Of a stretch of DNA of 64,000 nucleotides, positions 36,781 to 51,490 are shown piece after piece (the first letter of the stretch is position 1; each line of letters starts with the position of its first letter). The DNA comes from Camelus dromedarius (Eukaryota), in the NCBI RefSeq assembly GCF_036321535.1, contig NC_087436.1, forward strand, positions 109,556,001 to 109,620,000, in the 5' to 3' direction. The position numbers were made by a program, and so were the translations under genes. Below the pieces are notes generated by a model, which worked only from the letters and a program-made list of their open reading frames with translations, was not told where the DNA came from and made no database searches.

Positions 36781-39700
36781 TAATAGTACACAGTATATAG
36801 AATTATTTTATGGTGTTTAAATATGATAAAGCAAGTGAGCCTTGGTGCAATTCTTGGCATATGGTTAGCATAGATATCAACCATTGTGGTAAAAAAAACT
36901 CATAAAATTAAGCATTGTTATGTGTTACTTAGCACTAGGTCTATGAGATTCTGGCTCTAATCAGAGTCATAATCTTGCTTCAGGAAAAATTTTAAGTTGT
37001 TATGGCACAAATGCTTTTAAAATAAGTCTTAAAACCCTTAAGACAGTAGTTTAGAAAATGCAAATTTTGTTTTGCAAGAGTAGGATTTTGTTAGAAGAAT
37101 GACTCTTGAGAACCAAAGAAGGCTCTGAATAATGCAGGATATAAAGATATTTCTTAACAAAAGATTGGGATGATAATAAAAAAAATTTACATTGCTTATA
37201 TCCTGGAGGCTAAAAAATCTTTATGTGGGCTGTGGGGAAGGCAGAAGAGACTTGGGTGGAGTGTGCCTTTGAGAAGTCCTGTTGGTTCTCGGACAGGGGA
37301 TTCTTCCTAAGGAGTCTGCTGAGAGTGAACTCAGTAGGGCTGCCCAGTATCTTCCGTTGCCGGTGCCAGGGAGCCTCATGAAAGACAAGCTGATGTATTT
37401 GAGTTTCTTTGCTGAGGAGTCATCTAGTTGACCTTCCCATCACTCTTAGTGGAGGGTCTTCCATCAGCAGCTGCCTAAGTTGTCTGAGTGTTTTCCTACA
37501 AGAGATTCTTCTCCCTTTTTCCTTCCTGAATCCCATCTGAGCTGCAATGCACGTACATGTCCTTCCCTAATTGTCCAAGTACATTTGTAAACCCCAGCAA
37601 TTGATGGTAGAGTTGACAGAAGAATCATTTCAGTGGTGTGAAAGGAAAAGCCTTCAATATCTGTAGTTGGCTGTGATCCATCCCCATTTTGCCATTAATA
37701 TAATTTCAAGAAACTCTTTAGCATTAGTATATCGGAAAAGAGAAACAAGTTAGCAGAGTGTGGAAAGATCCTGGGTGAGAGACTAAACTAGGGCAGATGC
37801 TTTAGGGGCAGAAATGCTAACAAGGAATTTGTCTTTGTCACAGTTGTATCCTCAGTGCCAAACAGAGTAACGATACATTGAGGATTATTGCAGTTTGTGG
37901 TCTCATGCTTTGTTTTCCTAAACCTAGGTTTCTTATCGCAATGTGATTAATGATACTTAATTTTCACCCATCTGTAAAGATTCAGTGAGGTTATGTATGA
38001 AAAGAGTTTAGTTTTAGTATTATTGTTATTGATAATTAACATAACCTGTCCATACAAGATCCTACTTGTACTGTTAGTGTTGACTTCTACTCAGCTAGTT
38101 GATGGCTATGTTAATTGAAGAGCAAAAAATGAAAATGAAATTAGGTGCCCAGTCAAAGCAGCCAGCATTTGGGACCCAGCAGGAAGTTTGATTTGAGTTT
38201 TGAAAAGGAAAGAGAAGGCTGGACAGGTTAAGATGGTCTATCTCACCAAGACTCTTATTTCTGAAGTTTTATGTGGAATGCTTGAGATTTATATTACTCT
38301 TCTTCAGTCATCAGTAATATTTTCATGAAAATCTAGTCATTTCTGGGGGGACATATACTTTTAACAGGGGAAATTTTTTACTTGTAAATTCTCAGGTATG
38401 AGAAAGGAATTGTTGATGCTTCTGTCTTAGTGACTTAGCATATACGTTGATTCTGTGGATAAAACAGAGTTTGCTTTCCTTTGATGTTTAACTAATAGTG
38501 TAATATGATCTGATTTGAAAGTAGTTTTTTATAACAAATTTAACTAAAAGCATATTCTTATTTGCATAGTCATGGAGTCAATTTTATGGATAGTAATTAA
38601 ATATTTTATGACCCACCCCCCTCATTGCAGGACCTTCAAACATATATATATATATATTATTGAGCTTTGGAACAAACAAAATCTTCAAAAAATTTAAAGC
38701 ACTGGCTTGTGGAAATGTGCTATGGAAAATAATGTAACTATAAAATGCTGTGTGTATTTTGAAATTCTTAACTAATAGTAAGTGTTTTTATTATAAAAGG
38801 TACTGTTAATCATTTGAAATTTTGAGGAGTCTACAATAGAATAATAATTTACTCAGTTTATTCCTAACAGATGATAGAATAATGGTAAAGGTACTGTGTT
38901 GCTTTTGTTCATTTGTTTTTCAAATGGATGTTCACCTAGTGAATTATTCACCAAATCATTTTATCTATGGACATTTCAAAATCTCAACCGATCAATCTTT
39001 CTGAAACCGTTTTAATGGATTTTAGTTTCAGTTCTTTCCATGTGTGTTAGATTTAATGTCATTAATATGTTTCCTGTGGTTATTATGTCCCCTATAAACC
39101 AGTTTTTATAAACCAGAGGCAGAGAGGGAGGGCCTAAGATCCCATTATTTCCCAGACTCTTGATTCTTTGTTTATCCCCCACCTTGGCTTAGCTCCTTGC
39201 AAATGTTGCTAATAGTAACCAAAAAATAAGAGATTTGGAATTTCTACTTGCTCTGCTCTCTTCTATAATGGCAGCTTATCTAGACAGCTAGAATGTAAGA
39301 TCCACTGTTTATGTTATATTATTATCAGTAATTCGCAATGAGACTTTAATTGCTTTAATTTCTGTTCTGAATGAGGAGTCTGGGATGTGTGCCAGAAGTT
39401 CTTTCTTTGAAAATAATAATAAAAATACATCCAGGTTTTGATTTTGCAAACATGCCTCTTGTTTAATGGTTCACTGCATTGAAATGTTAGGGAATTATAT
39501 GTTTTGTTATCTCCAATTTTTATTGTAAATTCTAACAGCAGGGGCCTTGTTGAAAAAAAAATTATTGAGGTGACTGGCTATAATTCAATAAGCATTAAAT
39601 GAAGCATTTTCAAAAATTGCTTTACCAAATTTATATTTTAAATTGTGTATTTTTTTAGTCCCTGCTGCTGATAAATTACCTAGTAGTGAATGACAAGTTA

Positions 39701-40129
39701 GCCATGGGGATGAAGTTTCCAGCGGCAGCCGATTTCTTATTTTATTTTCCATTTGACAGTGGATAAGCTCATAGGCCATTTAATATTTAGCTCTATTCAT
39801 TTTAAAATAGAACGTTCATTATAAAAATTCATTCCAAAATCTATGAAAATGTATAATTTGGGAGTTGTCAACATTATATAGTTGTAAATTGTGTAAACTG
39901 ATTTCAAAAGGGATAATTTCATATTCATATCTCACTTTCTAGAGCAGAAGTGTTTCTAAAAACCTCTTTCAATTGGGCTTTATGGTACCAAAAGCCAGTC
40001 TTCATTGATTTTTTTTTTTTTGAGCTATTTTTTTGGGGGAATGTGTTAAACCAAGGATGGAAGAAAAATCATAGGTTAGAATTGGGGAAACTTTTAGAAT
40101 CACATCTTTAATGCAGAATAAATACATTT

Positions 40130-42410
40130 TTATATATAACTTCAGTGAGACATACTTTATTTATCATATACTTCACCCTTTGCAAGTATACAATTTTTTA
40201 ATGAGGTTTTTTTTTTTTTTTAGTAAATTCACAAATTGTGCAATCATCACAGTAAATCAGTTTTAGAAACTTCCCATCACCCCAATAAGATCTGTGTCCA
40301 CTAATTAAACTCTATCTTAAACTATAGATTTGCCTTTTATGGACATTTCACATAAAGCAATAATACAACATATGTTTTCTGTGTCTGGTTTCTTTTACTC
40401 AGCATGTTTTTGAGGTTTGTCCATCGTCTGGCCTGCATCAATACTTTGTTTCTTTTTATTACTGAATAGTGTTCCATCACATGGATATACTACTTTGCCT
40501 ATCCATTCGTCAGCTGAGGGTTATCTAGGCTGTTTCTAAATTTTGTCTATTATAAATAAGGCTGCTAAGAACATTTCTGTAAAAGTCTTAGTGTGGATAT
40601 GTATTTTTATTTTTCTTGGACTGACACCTAAGAGTGGAATTCCTAGGTCCTATGGCAAATATATGTTTAACTTTTTAAGAAACTCTCAAGCTGCTTTTTA
40701 AAATGGCTACACTATTTTATATCACTATTTTTTTTCATTTGTCACATTCATTTGTTATTGTATGCCAATTTTATTATAGCCATTTTAGTGGATCTGTAAT
40801 GGTATCTAATAGTGGTTTTGATCTGCATTTCCTAAAGACTAATGATGGGCATTTTGCCTTATACTTGTTACCTACTTGTATATCTTCTTTATTCAAATAT
40901 ATATTCAATTCTTTTACCTACTTTTGTTGGGTTGTTTATTTTCTTATTATTGAGCTATAAATATTTTCTTTATATTAATATATGAATCCTTTATCAAATA
41001 TTTGTTTTACAAATATTTTTTCCAGTCTGTTGTTTATTTTTTCATTTTATTAATGTCTTTTGAAGTACAGATGTATTGAATTTTGATGAGGTCAAATTTA
41101 TCATTTATCACTTTTAATATTTGGTGTATTGTGCTTTTGGTATCATATCTAAGAAATCTTTGTTTTACCCGAGGTCTTGAAGATTTTCTTCTGTACTAGG
41201 TTTCTATGGGTGCCATACACATCACCAGAAACCTAGTGACTTAAAACAACACAAAGTCATCATATTGAAGTTTCGTAGTTTGGAATTCCGAAAAGGATCT
41301 CACTGAGCTAAAATCAAGGTGTGGCAGTGTTGTGTTCCTTTTGGAAGGCTCTAGGGGAGAACATATTACCTTGCCCTTTGCAGCTCCTGGAGATTGCCTC
41401 TATTTCATTGCTTGTGACCCTGCTCGTCAATCTTCAAAGCCAAAATAGTGAGTCAAGTTCTCATATCACATCACTCTGATCTAATTCCTCCACCTCCATT
41501 TCTCTTCTACTTTTAAATACCTGGTTACCTTGGGCCTTCCTGGAGAGCCAAGGATAATGTCTCTATTTTAAGGATAGCAGATTAGCAACTTTGATTCCAT
41601 CTGCAAACTTAATTCCCCTTTGCCGCATACTGGAGCATATTTATAGGTTCTGGGAATTAAGGCATGAGGGGCGATTATTTTGCAGACCATATAGATTGTA
41701 CTTTTAGGTCATAACCCATTGCCTAACCAAGGTCCTGAAGCTTTCTTCCTATGCTATCTACCAAAAGTTTTGTTATTTTAGCTCTTATATTTTAGTCTAT
41801 AGTAAATTTTGTGTCAATTTTTATGTGTAGTGTGAAATAATAGTCTAAATCCATATTATTGTGGATATACAATTACTCCATCACCATCTCTTAACAAAGT
41901 TGTCCTTTTCCCTAATTAACTGCTTTGGTATTTTTGTTAAAAATCAATTAGCTAGAAATGTAAGGCTTTATTTCTAGACTCTCAGTTCTGTTCTATTGAT
42001 GTACATATTTATCCTCTGCCAGTACCACTCAGTCTTCAAAACTATAGCTTTACAGTGAGTTTGAAATTGGAAAAATTAAAGTCTTCTAGTTTTGCTCAAA
42101 TTTTTTTCAAGATTGTTTTGACTACCTTAGGTTTTTCCAATCCCATGTAAATTTCTGGACCAACGTTCAATTTATGTGAAAAGCCTGTGGAGGCTTGATA
42201 TGAATCTTATGTTGAACCTACAGATCAATTGAGAATAATTGCCATCTTGACGATACTGAATCTTTGAATCAATGAACATGGAATGCTTTAGATCTTCTTT
42301 AATTTTCCTTAACAATATCTTATCATTTCCATTACAAAATTCTTAAAATTCTTCATTAAATTTATCTAAGAATTTTATTCTTTTTATTGCTATCATGAAA
42401 GGAATTGTAG
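40130..42410 (-). mobile_element. Old L1M 3' region, interrupted by a MaLR LTR
   Basis: L1M 3'UTR and ORF2-end motifs (agtggaattcctaggtc, ctgttctattgat, atgaacatggaat). Confidence 0.85.
41192..41690 (-). mobile_element. MLT1D/E-like LTR
   Basis: ttaaaacaacacaaa...gctaaaatcaaggtg...ggaaggctctagggg. Confidence 0.8.
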
Positions 42411-43469
42411 AATAAATATACTTTTGATAAATAATAATACTCAAAAAAATTTTAAATACGAAGTTGTATTTAACTAGATGAAGAAGGCTATACGTAGCAA
42501 ATGACCTGCAGTTTTCTGTGGAGAAGTATTTTAAGTAGTTTGAGTTGTTAATTAGTCACCTATATAGCATGAAAATAATGAAAACTTCTAAAGCCCAGCA
42601 TTAAAGGAATATTTTGGCAGAAAGAATTGGTAAAACTTGAGAAAAATGATTTTATATTTAAGAAAAAACATTGGGTAGGTAAAGCATACTGCATTTTCCT
42701 CTTGGTGATTCACTGTGCATATTAGCATATTAAAGGCTCAAAACCCCATTTTGGTTTATTTGGCTATGTTTAACACCTTGAGCGACACTAATGTACTCTA
42801 GCACATTGTGAAATTCTGCATTAGCAGCTTATAGTTTGTATTCCTCTCTCACAAGCATGATGTCTTACAATTCCTGGTGAAAGTTGGTATGACTGTTGTT
42901 ACAACACAAAGAACAATGAACCTAAGCTAAATATCTCGTGAGTGTTGGAACCAGAACTTACATCCAGGTCTTCTGCTTCCTAACACCATGTGCTCCGAGG
43001 GAAGGCTGGGTCTTTGCTGAAGTAGTGATCAATGAAGTAATAGAGGAGAAATCACTAATAAATGTATATAGCCTGCATAAGCAGAATATTTTTGAAAATG
43101 TCATTGGGTTCTTTTTGATCTGTTTGTTTATTTACACTAAATAAGATCTCAGATTAATGTTACTAAGGTAAAACAGAACATGCTAAAATCTGAAACATTA
43201 AAATAGGCATTCATCTACAAATATTGACACAATTCCAATACATTTAGTTAGATCATGATGGAATCAGAAATGATCAATGAGATATTTACCCAAGAAAGTA
43301 ACCACTTTATTTACTTTATTAATTTCCTGAATATTCATTTGGGGACCTGTTGTATACCAGCCACTTTTGTAGGAACTTGGATTGTAAGTAAATAAAACAA
43401 AATTTCTTGCCGTTGTGGAGCATAAATTTTCACAAGTAAATCATAAAGAATAATTATAAAAATAATCAT

Positions 43470-44010
43470 TTTTTTTAGCCTAGAGAAGTTCCTTTAACAT
43501 TTAGTAAAGCTGGCGTGATGGTGCTGAACTCATAGCTTTTGCTTGCCTGTAAAGATTTTGAACTCTCCAGCAAATCTGAACAAATAAAGAATGGAACACT
43601 ACTAAGCCATAAAAAAGAACAAAATTTTGCCATTTGCAGCAACATGGATGGGCTTGGAGGGCATTATGCTAAGTGAAGTAAGTCAGACAGAGAAAGACAA
43701 ATACTGTATGATGTCACTTATATGTAGAATCTAAAAAAATACAACAAACTAGTGAGTATAACAAAAGAGAAACAGATATAGGGAACAAATTGGTAGCTAC
43801 CAGTGGGGAGAGGGAAGTGGGGAGGGGTAAGATAGAGTAAGGAGATTAAGAGGTACAAAATAAGCTACAAGGATATATTGTACAACAAGGGGAATATAGC
43901 CAATATTTTAGAATAACTATAAATAGGGTATAACGTTTTAAAATTGTGAATCACTATATTGTATGCTTGTAACTTATATAATATTATAGAACAACTGTGC
44001 TTCGATAAAG
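43470..44010 (+). mobile_element. 5'-inverted L1: reversed ORF1-end piece (43470-43581) plus sense ORF2 end and 3'UTR
   Basis: Left piece aligns by eye to 21181-21295; right piece has gccatttgcagcaacatggatg...3'UTR. Confidence 0.8.
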
Positions 44011-45132
44011 TAAGTTTCAATTATACAGTATGTGAGAAGGCGGTGAGTGCTGGGGGAGAATGAAGGAGAGCAGGGTGGTGGGGTGAAGAACGCCAAGTGG
44101 GTAAGAGGTAAAGTTGGGGGAGGGGTGTTACAGAAAGCATAGGTATGAAATTAACACCAGTCAGAGTGACAGATAATAGTATAGACATATATATGTTTAC
44201 CCATATCTGATTCCTTGTACACTTTTTTTCCTAAAACAGAAAGTGAACAGGTTAAGTTACTTATAATTTTAAAAAAAGTTGTCATGATACTGTCTATCAG
44301 TATTTGAAATAAATATAAACATCTCCTTTTGTTCTTGGGTATGTCTGCAGGGTGACTTTTTAAATTCAGATTTTGAAGGCAGTGGCATTGTATATATTTT
44401 TTGTAGGACCTTCCCCTTTTATTTAACCAATGGAATTTTATAAGATGTCTGGGTGTATGAACACAATGTTAATTCAATGAGGCAATTCTCTGAAACTGGG
44501 CATTATTTTTCACATGTTGTAAATATCAGTGTTCCTTAAGAGGAAGAACCTAAAGCAATGGGACAATAACTATTGAGAGCATCGAGTTAAGAAGTTTGAG
44601 CTCATGACCCCTACAGTACTTAATGGTCTCTGAATCAAAACATAGTCAGGGCAAATAAAGTGTAAGAGAAGCAATTGCTTTTCTAATGTTCAGACTGTTC
44701 TTTTTTATTTTCCTATACTGGAAAGTGCATTTCATTCTACAACATATAAAATTCCAATTACTTAGAATACTGAACCACAGTAGCTTGTCTTTAATCTAAA
44801 GACCAAGGTCATGGGGTAGATTAGTTGGACGTCATAAGGCCAGTTTCATTATGTCAGCTCTTAGAATATTACATTTCAGTCTTATACCTTAAATGCTGCT
44901 GATTCTCATAGGACATTATAATCAATTAAAAGAATTATGTAACAACATAAAAATTGAATTGCATTCCAAAATAGTATTTACCTCATTTAAGACTTCTTCA
45001 TCCACCCATCCGTTCATTCATCCATCCTTTCATTGAAAAGTTATTTTTTGAGACTTTAATCTATGCCAGGCTCCACAGATGCAAGTGCTGGGTTTGAAAT
45101 ACGACCAAGACATGGTCCTGGTGAGATAGATG

Positions 45133-45505
45133 TGTTACGGACTGAATGCTGTGTCCCCTCAGTATTCATATGTCGAAGATCTGGCTCCCGATGTGACTGT
45201 TTGCTGAGAAGGGGCCTGTAAGGAAGTGATAAAGTTAAATGATGTCATACACTGAGGCCCTAATCCGATAGGGCTGCACCCTGATACCAAGAGGAAGAGA
45301 CAAGGGAGCTCTCTCTCCATGATTCGAAGATACAGCCAGAAGGCTACAAGCCAGGAGAGATCCTCACCAGAAACCAGCCCTGACAACACCTTAATCTTGA
45401 ACTTCTAGCCTCCAGACCTGAACCGTGGGAAAACAAACTTCTGCTGTTTAAACCACCGAGTATATGACGTTGTGTGATGGCAGCCTGAGGTGGGCTAACG
45501 CAATG
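45133..45505 (+). mobile_element. MLT1A-like solo LTR
   Basis: tgttacggactgaatg...ggccctaatccgatagg...atggcagcctgag; similar to 393-776. Confidence 0.85.
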
Positions 45506-46229
45506 TGCCAAATAAATACTGCTATTCATTGTAGCACATGCCATTATAGAAGCCTACTGGGGCTCAGGAAAGGAAGTGATGGATCAGATGCAAATACTTC
45601 AGAGAGGAGAAGACATCTGAACCGGTTCTTAAGGGAAGAGTAGGGATTTGTCAGGCAGTGATGGTAGCTGTGCAGTTGTGAAACTTTCTTGGTATTTGCT
45701 GAGTCCTGACTTGCCACAGCACGTTCCTGTGCACAGGAAACAGTCTAATGAATGCCATCAGCTGATTTCCATGGAGGTTGCTGCTTCCCCATCCAGACAA
45801 TCCAGGGCGTGTTGTCATTGTTCTCCATTCTCTAGCCTCACTGCGTGGGGCCTGTGTTCCCTCCCGGAACCTGCTGATTTCTGTGCAAGGGTGTCTTAGA
45901 GAATGGGGTTTTAAAGCACCTTTAAAAATTTCTAATTGGAGGCCAATGTGGAGAAAACACTACTTTTGGCAGGAAAAGAAAAGAAAAAAAAAAAGCATGG
46001 AGGCAAATCCTGGTGCCATAAGTGTCCCTGAAAACAATGCTTCTGAAGTATCCCCTTTTAGTCATTTCCGGCCCAAATGGAAGTCAGAGCCTGTCAGCGT
46101 TCCTATCTTATTTTGTGTTTATTTTTTCACCAGCTATGCTAATACATTATAATTAGTGATGTCTGTCTTACCCACTGGACTTTGTGTGTCATTGTGCAGA
46201 TGACATTTCATGTCTTTTTGCTGCTGGCT

Positions 46230-47940
46230 CTCATTCATTCTTTCCCATAATCATTCGTTCGTTCACCTGACATCTCTATTTAATGCTTACAGTATACAAG
46301 TCACTCTTCCAGGCGCTGGTGTTTACACCAGTGAATGAGACCTTTAAGGTACCTGTTCTCAGTGAGGTGGTTGTACATGAGAAGTAAGGGGGACAGACAA
46401 TAAATAAACAAGGCAACAAAGAACTGGTCTAGGTAAATTCACTGATAAGTGCCCTGAAGAAAATAGACTCTGTGGTCTAGGAGTGACTGAGGGCAGAGAT
46501 GGGGGAAGGTAAAGCCTGAATATAGGAAGGAGAAGGTGGTGCTGTGAAGATAAGTGAGGAAAGGGAGCAGAGGAGAGGGTCCAAGTAAATAGGACCACAA
46601 ATGCAAAGGCCCTGGGGCAGTAAAGAGTTTCACTTGATTGAGGAGCTAAAAGGAAATCAATGTGTCAAGTATATAGCACACGAGTTGGAGAGGGAATATA
46701 AGGTTGGGCCTTATAGGTCATGTTGAAAATGTTGGATTTGCCGCAGTAGAAAGCCATTAAAGGATTGTAATCAAAGGAGGAAATTTATACATTGATATTC
46801 GGTTGGAATACACAGTTTACACATTTAAACCCATCCCTGGGCTTTCTGTGTGAAAATCAGATTGCAAGTGGATATTGACAGAAGCATGAAAGCCAGTTGG
46901 GAAGCTATTGCTGTAATCCAGGCAAATGTGAATGGAATCAGGCCAAATTAGTAGCCAAGCAGCTAGAAAAGAAGAGAACACATTTGAGACTTTTTGGAGA
47001 TCGAAGTAAAAGATTTGATCATGGATCGGGTGTGAGGGATTAGGAAAAGGGAGCACTGAAAGATGACTTCTAGGTTTATTGTCTTTGAGCAACTAGGTAG
47101 ATGATAGTACCACTTAACGAGGTAGGACAAACAAATGAACATAACGACAGAAACAGACTCACAGATACGGAGAACAAACTAGTGGTTACCAACAGGGAGG
47201 GCTGAGAAGGGCAATATAGGAGATTAAAAGGTACAAACTTCTATGTGTAAAATAAATAAGCTGTAAGGATATATTGTACAACACAGAGAATATAGCCACA
47301 CTTTTGTAATAACTTGAAGCAGAGTATAATGTATAAAAATATTGAATCTCCATGGTGTACACCTGAAACTAATATACTATTGTAAATCGACTCTACTTCA
47401 ACAAATAAAAATTTAAAAGGAAACAATATAGAAAAGATCGGAAAGGGAAGAGGTTTGAAGAAAAAGGGAACAATAGTTCATTTTGGGGCCACATCAGGTT
47501 TGAAATTATTGGATACTTTGGTGGCGGCATCAAGGAGAGAGCAGCATGTGGGGGCATGAAGCTCAGGGGGAATTTCTAAGTTGGACATAGATGAAAGGTG
47601 ATATTAAAAGACAGAGAATAGATGTGAATAAATGGAAAGGAGTGGAGGCAAGGAAGAAATAGGCTCAGGACTGCAGCCCGGTGCATGCGTACGTACAGAA
47701 GGTAGGGAGATGGGAACAGATGATACAGCGTGAGGACAGAAAAGCAGGATTGGAGGAAGAAACAGGATGGGAGCATGACCAGTGGAGGAGGGAGTGGCCA
47801 GCTGTGATGAATACCACTGAGAGGCTAAGTGAGATGAGCTCGTGAAGTGTCCCTAAGATTTAGAAAATACACGTTGTGGGTGGCTTTCCAGGAAGGTTTC
47901 CATGGCAGTGATGGTGCTGGAAGCCAGACTGACTGAAGAG
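46230..47940 (-). mobile_element. Long L2 fragment
   Basis: aaatgcaaaggccctggggcag, aagccattaaagg, ggaagctattgctgtaatccagg. Confidence 0.8.
47128..47420 (+). mobile_element. L1 3'UTR fragment inserted in L2
   Basis: gaaacagactcacagatacggagaacaaactagtggttacc...tgtacacctgaaactaat. Confidence 0.85.
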
Positions 47941-50204
47941 AAAAACCCCAGACTCCCAGGGTCCTTGTATCATTAACCTGAAACCTTTGTCTTACACCTC
48001 AACCTGGCCTACACTTCTCTAAATATACTTGCCATATTTGGCCACCGAATCTGGTATTATGTTAAAATTGGTGGCCCATGTAACTTGAAACGGAAGTTCT
48101 AGAATTTACAGAAAAAAAAAAATTTAGGCCCAGTGGTGGTGTTCTCCAAGATGTGCTTTGTTGTTGGATAATTTTATGATGCATTGTCTTCCAGTAAAAG
48201 AATGATAAGTTCCACTCACTTTGGGATCGCATCACTGTTCATTAATAACAGATTGTGAGGGTGCGAAAAAAATGCATTTGCAGAGACAAAGAGCATTCCT
48301 CATCATAGTTGGTTCTCTATGTTTCTTCCATTCAGTCTGACAAATAACTTTCTTTTGCCCAATCTTGGTACTTTCTGCGAGTCAGAAAGAGAGAGAAAGC
48401 AGATTTTAAAGCTTCTCCTCAAGTAAGCTGTCTCATGGGCTGTTTGTGTGGTGAGCGTAATTACCTTTGAGCATGAATGAAGAGAAAAAAAAGAACTTTA
48501 AAATAATTAGCTGAAATAGTTTCATTTCTTCCTTTCTTGGGTACTTGTTTATCTTTCGTTTTATCTTCTTTTGTTTATTTTCCTCTGTCCTTAGTTTATT
48601 CAATGTCTTGTGCATAGCTGAGCCAAGGCTTGGTTTGGAGTCTGAGTGAAGATTCAACCACAGGGCACTCTTTTTATGGGGACTTGTGGAAAGTTTTTTT
48701 TTTTTTAATGTTTTCTTTTCCATCTTGGGGATGCCTAAAAATAACTTGCAGGTGGGCAACTCAATTCAGAGCCAAATTCCACCTCTGTTCTTTATTACAT
48801 TATTTGTTGCATTTTTAGAAAGTTTTACAGCTGATATTGATGTTTTTGATTTTTTTTTTTTCTGGATCTGTAATTTTCCAGAGTTATTTTATAGGCCTAT
48901 ATAAAGTCCATAATCTTGTTTTTATTATAATTTTACTTTTGGTAAATGAACAATGGAGAGGAATTTGGACATGAGGCCAAATGCTATTTTTTTTCCCCAC
49001 AGTGAAATGGTCCCTGGTTGTTACTTGATCCCGGAGTTGAACATCAAAGATTCAGGTCTCTTTTAGGAAATGTGGACAGCAGAAAACTTTCTGCCGAAAG
49101 GATATGGGGGGTGGAAAGCAGTAAATCCCACTAGACTTTTCAATGTTGAATTATCTGTAAATAATTTTTTTTTATTGAATCATTCAGAAGCTGCAACGCA
49201 CAGCTGTGATCACAAATTCAGTGTCTGGTACCATCACTTTGGTGGGTTTGTTATCCCTAAATTCCAATTCTTGAGATGATCTTGGGAGTGTTTGTTATGC
49301 CTGCAACTATAATGCCTTGTAAATTCCAGTTTCAACAAATGCATTTACTCTATTTTTTTTTTCCTAATTGACTGTTCTGGGTACCTCAAAATGAAGCCTT
49401 TAATACTAAATAATTAGGACCATAAACTCTGCACTTGACTATTATCATGCAGTGTGTATAGAAGTATTACTACCAGCTCATTATGATTAATCTGGGGAAG
49501 CAATGTGGTTATAATTAATTTCTACTCAATTCTGTTTCCTATAACCGGGGATGCACACATCTGCTTACACTTAGTGAAGACTTACTACCCTCAGCATCGT
49601 CATCATCTAAATCACAGAAATTATTGATATTGTGCTCAAAATTAAAGTATACTTCGAACGCACATGAGGGGCATGGAAGAACACGGGATTTGAGTCAGGA
49701 GACTTGAGTTATAGTTTAGGTTACAAGAAACATGCCCTTTTCTGAGTAATTTTAAATCTTTTGCTATCAGGATCTTTGTCTTTACATTTAGATGTTTGAA
49801 CTAAGTGATGTCTCTGTTCCCCTCTTCATCCAAAATTTTAGGAGATAATACAGAATTGTTTATTTTTCTTCCTTTTATTTAAAACGAAACATTGATTAAC
49901 TACAAATAAGACATGGTGTCGATATGAGGTAAAATAAATTACACAATATAACTAAACATGTCTCTTTTGACGTACCCTTTCTTTCTCTATCCTTGTCTTA
50001 ACCCTGAAGAATGTGTATTTTTAATGTGTATTCTAGCTCTTTTTCTATGCATCATATGTGAATATAAACTTTAAAAAATAATAAAACTATATTTTAAGCT
50101 GTTGCATAGAATTTGTCTCATTAATGCACCATAACATATTCAACCATTATTTCTGGAATGAAAATTTATATTATTTTCTATCTTTTAAAATAATTATATA
50201 TATA

Positions 50205-50390
50205 TTTTATTGAAGCACAGTCAATTGACAATGTTGTATCAACTTCTGGTGTACATAATGCTTCAGTCATACATGAATATACATATGTTCATTTTTATAT
50301 AATTTTTCATCATAAGTGACTACAAGATATTGAATATAGCTCCCTGTGCTATACAGTATGAACTTGTTTTTTTACCTATTTTATATAAAA
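50205..50390 (-). mobile_element. L1 3' end fragment
   Basis: tacaagatattgaatatagctccctgtgctatacagta. Confidence 0.85.
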
Positions 50391-51424
50391 TTAATTATGA
50401 TGAAAAGTCTCTTTGGACATTTATGCAGTTAATTCTACGGGGGAAAAACTCACAGGTGAAACTGTCATGTAAGAGATAATGAACAGTTAAACAATTAAAC
50501 AAATGTCAGAAGTACCTCCAAAAAGCTGCAGTATATATAACACAGTTCTCTGCATTATGGGGATATTTAAAATGCAGCCAATCTGATGGCCAGAAATGTG
50601 CTGTCTCATTCTTTCCATTTGCTTTTTCATGCTCACTAGTGAAAAGGAATTTCTCCTTGTTATTGTTTTTTGCTTATATTTCTGTTTATATTCTTTGCCC
50701 AAATTTCCAGTTTGAAACATTAATCTATATAAGGGTTTATACTACACCCTTCAAATCAATCCCATTTCTTTTGAATGTTAGACAATTTTTTTCCCCTAAA
50801 TTGCCACTTTCTGTTTACCTTTGCTGACAGTCATTTTTATGTTATGTTCTGGTTTGGTCAAATGGGTTTTTTTGACTTTAAAATAGCTACCAAAATGGAT
50901 ATGTGTACTATTTACATAAGGAAGATGGCCTACTTTGCAAAAATCAATAGTCAATAGATTTATGGAGGATCTATTCTATGTAAGCTACTGTATCAAAAAT
51001 AATAAATGAAAGATAGTAATTTATGTGAAGAGTTATCTCTTGATTTTCTTATAATGTCATATTTGAATATACATTCTATACTTATATACTCATAAATGTT
51101 TGACCAAGAGTTAGAAAGCCTTTAAAATGTTATAATATTTTCTGATCATAAAGTATAAATTCAGATATTTATTAAGATAAAATTTTGAGAATAAAAATCA
51201 CTTGTAATCTCATCATCCAGAAATAGATACAATTAACTTCTCGATGTGAATCTTTGTCTTTTTTCTAAGGAAACACACAGAAAGAGAAAATATAGTTGCA
51301 GCCCAGAAATATTGTTGTTATTTGTTTGAGCCCAGATTATAGAATCACAGGATGCTGGGAGAGGAAGCTCCATTTACCCCAATGTAGTCAGTGACGGGGA
51401 ACCGACTGCTTTTCCAAGCACTGT

Positions 51425-51490
51425 TTCCCCTTTCCTCCCTTCCCTTCCCTTCCCTTCCCTTCCCCCCTCCTCTCTTTCCTTCCTGCCTTT
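51425..51490. repeat. (CCCTT)n polypyrimidine repeat
   Basis: Directly visible. Confidence 0.9.

Noticed and set aside
48985..49125. Strong acceptor ttttccccacag followed by an ATG
   Set aside because: The frame closes after 19 codons and there is no strong donor
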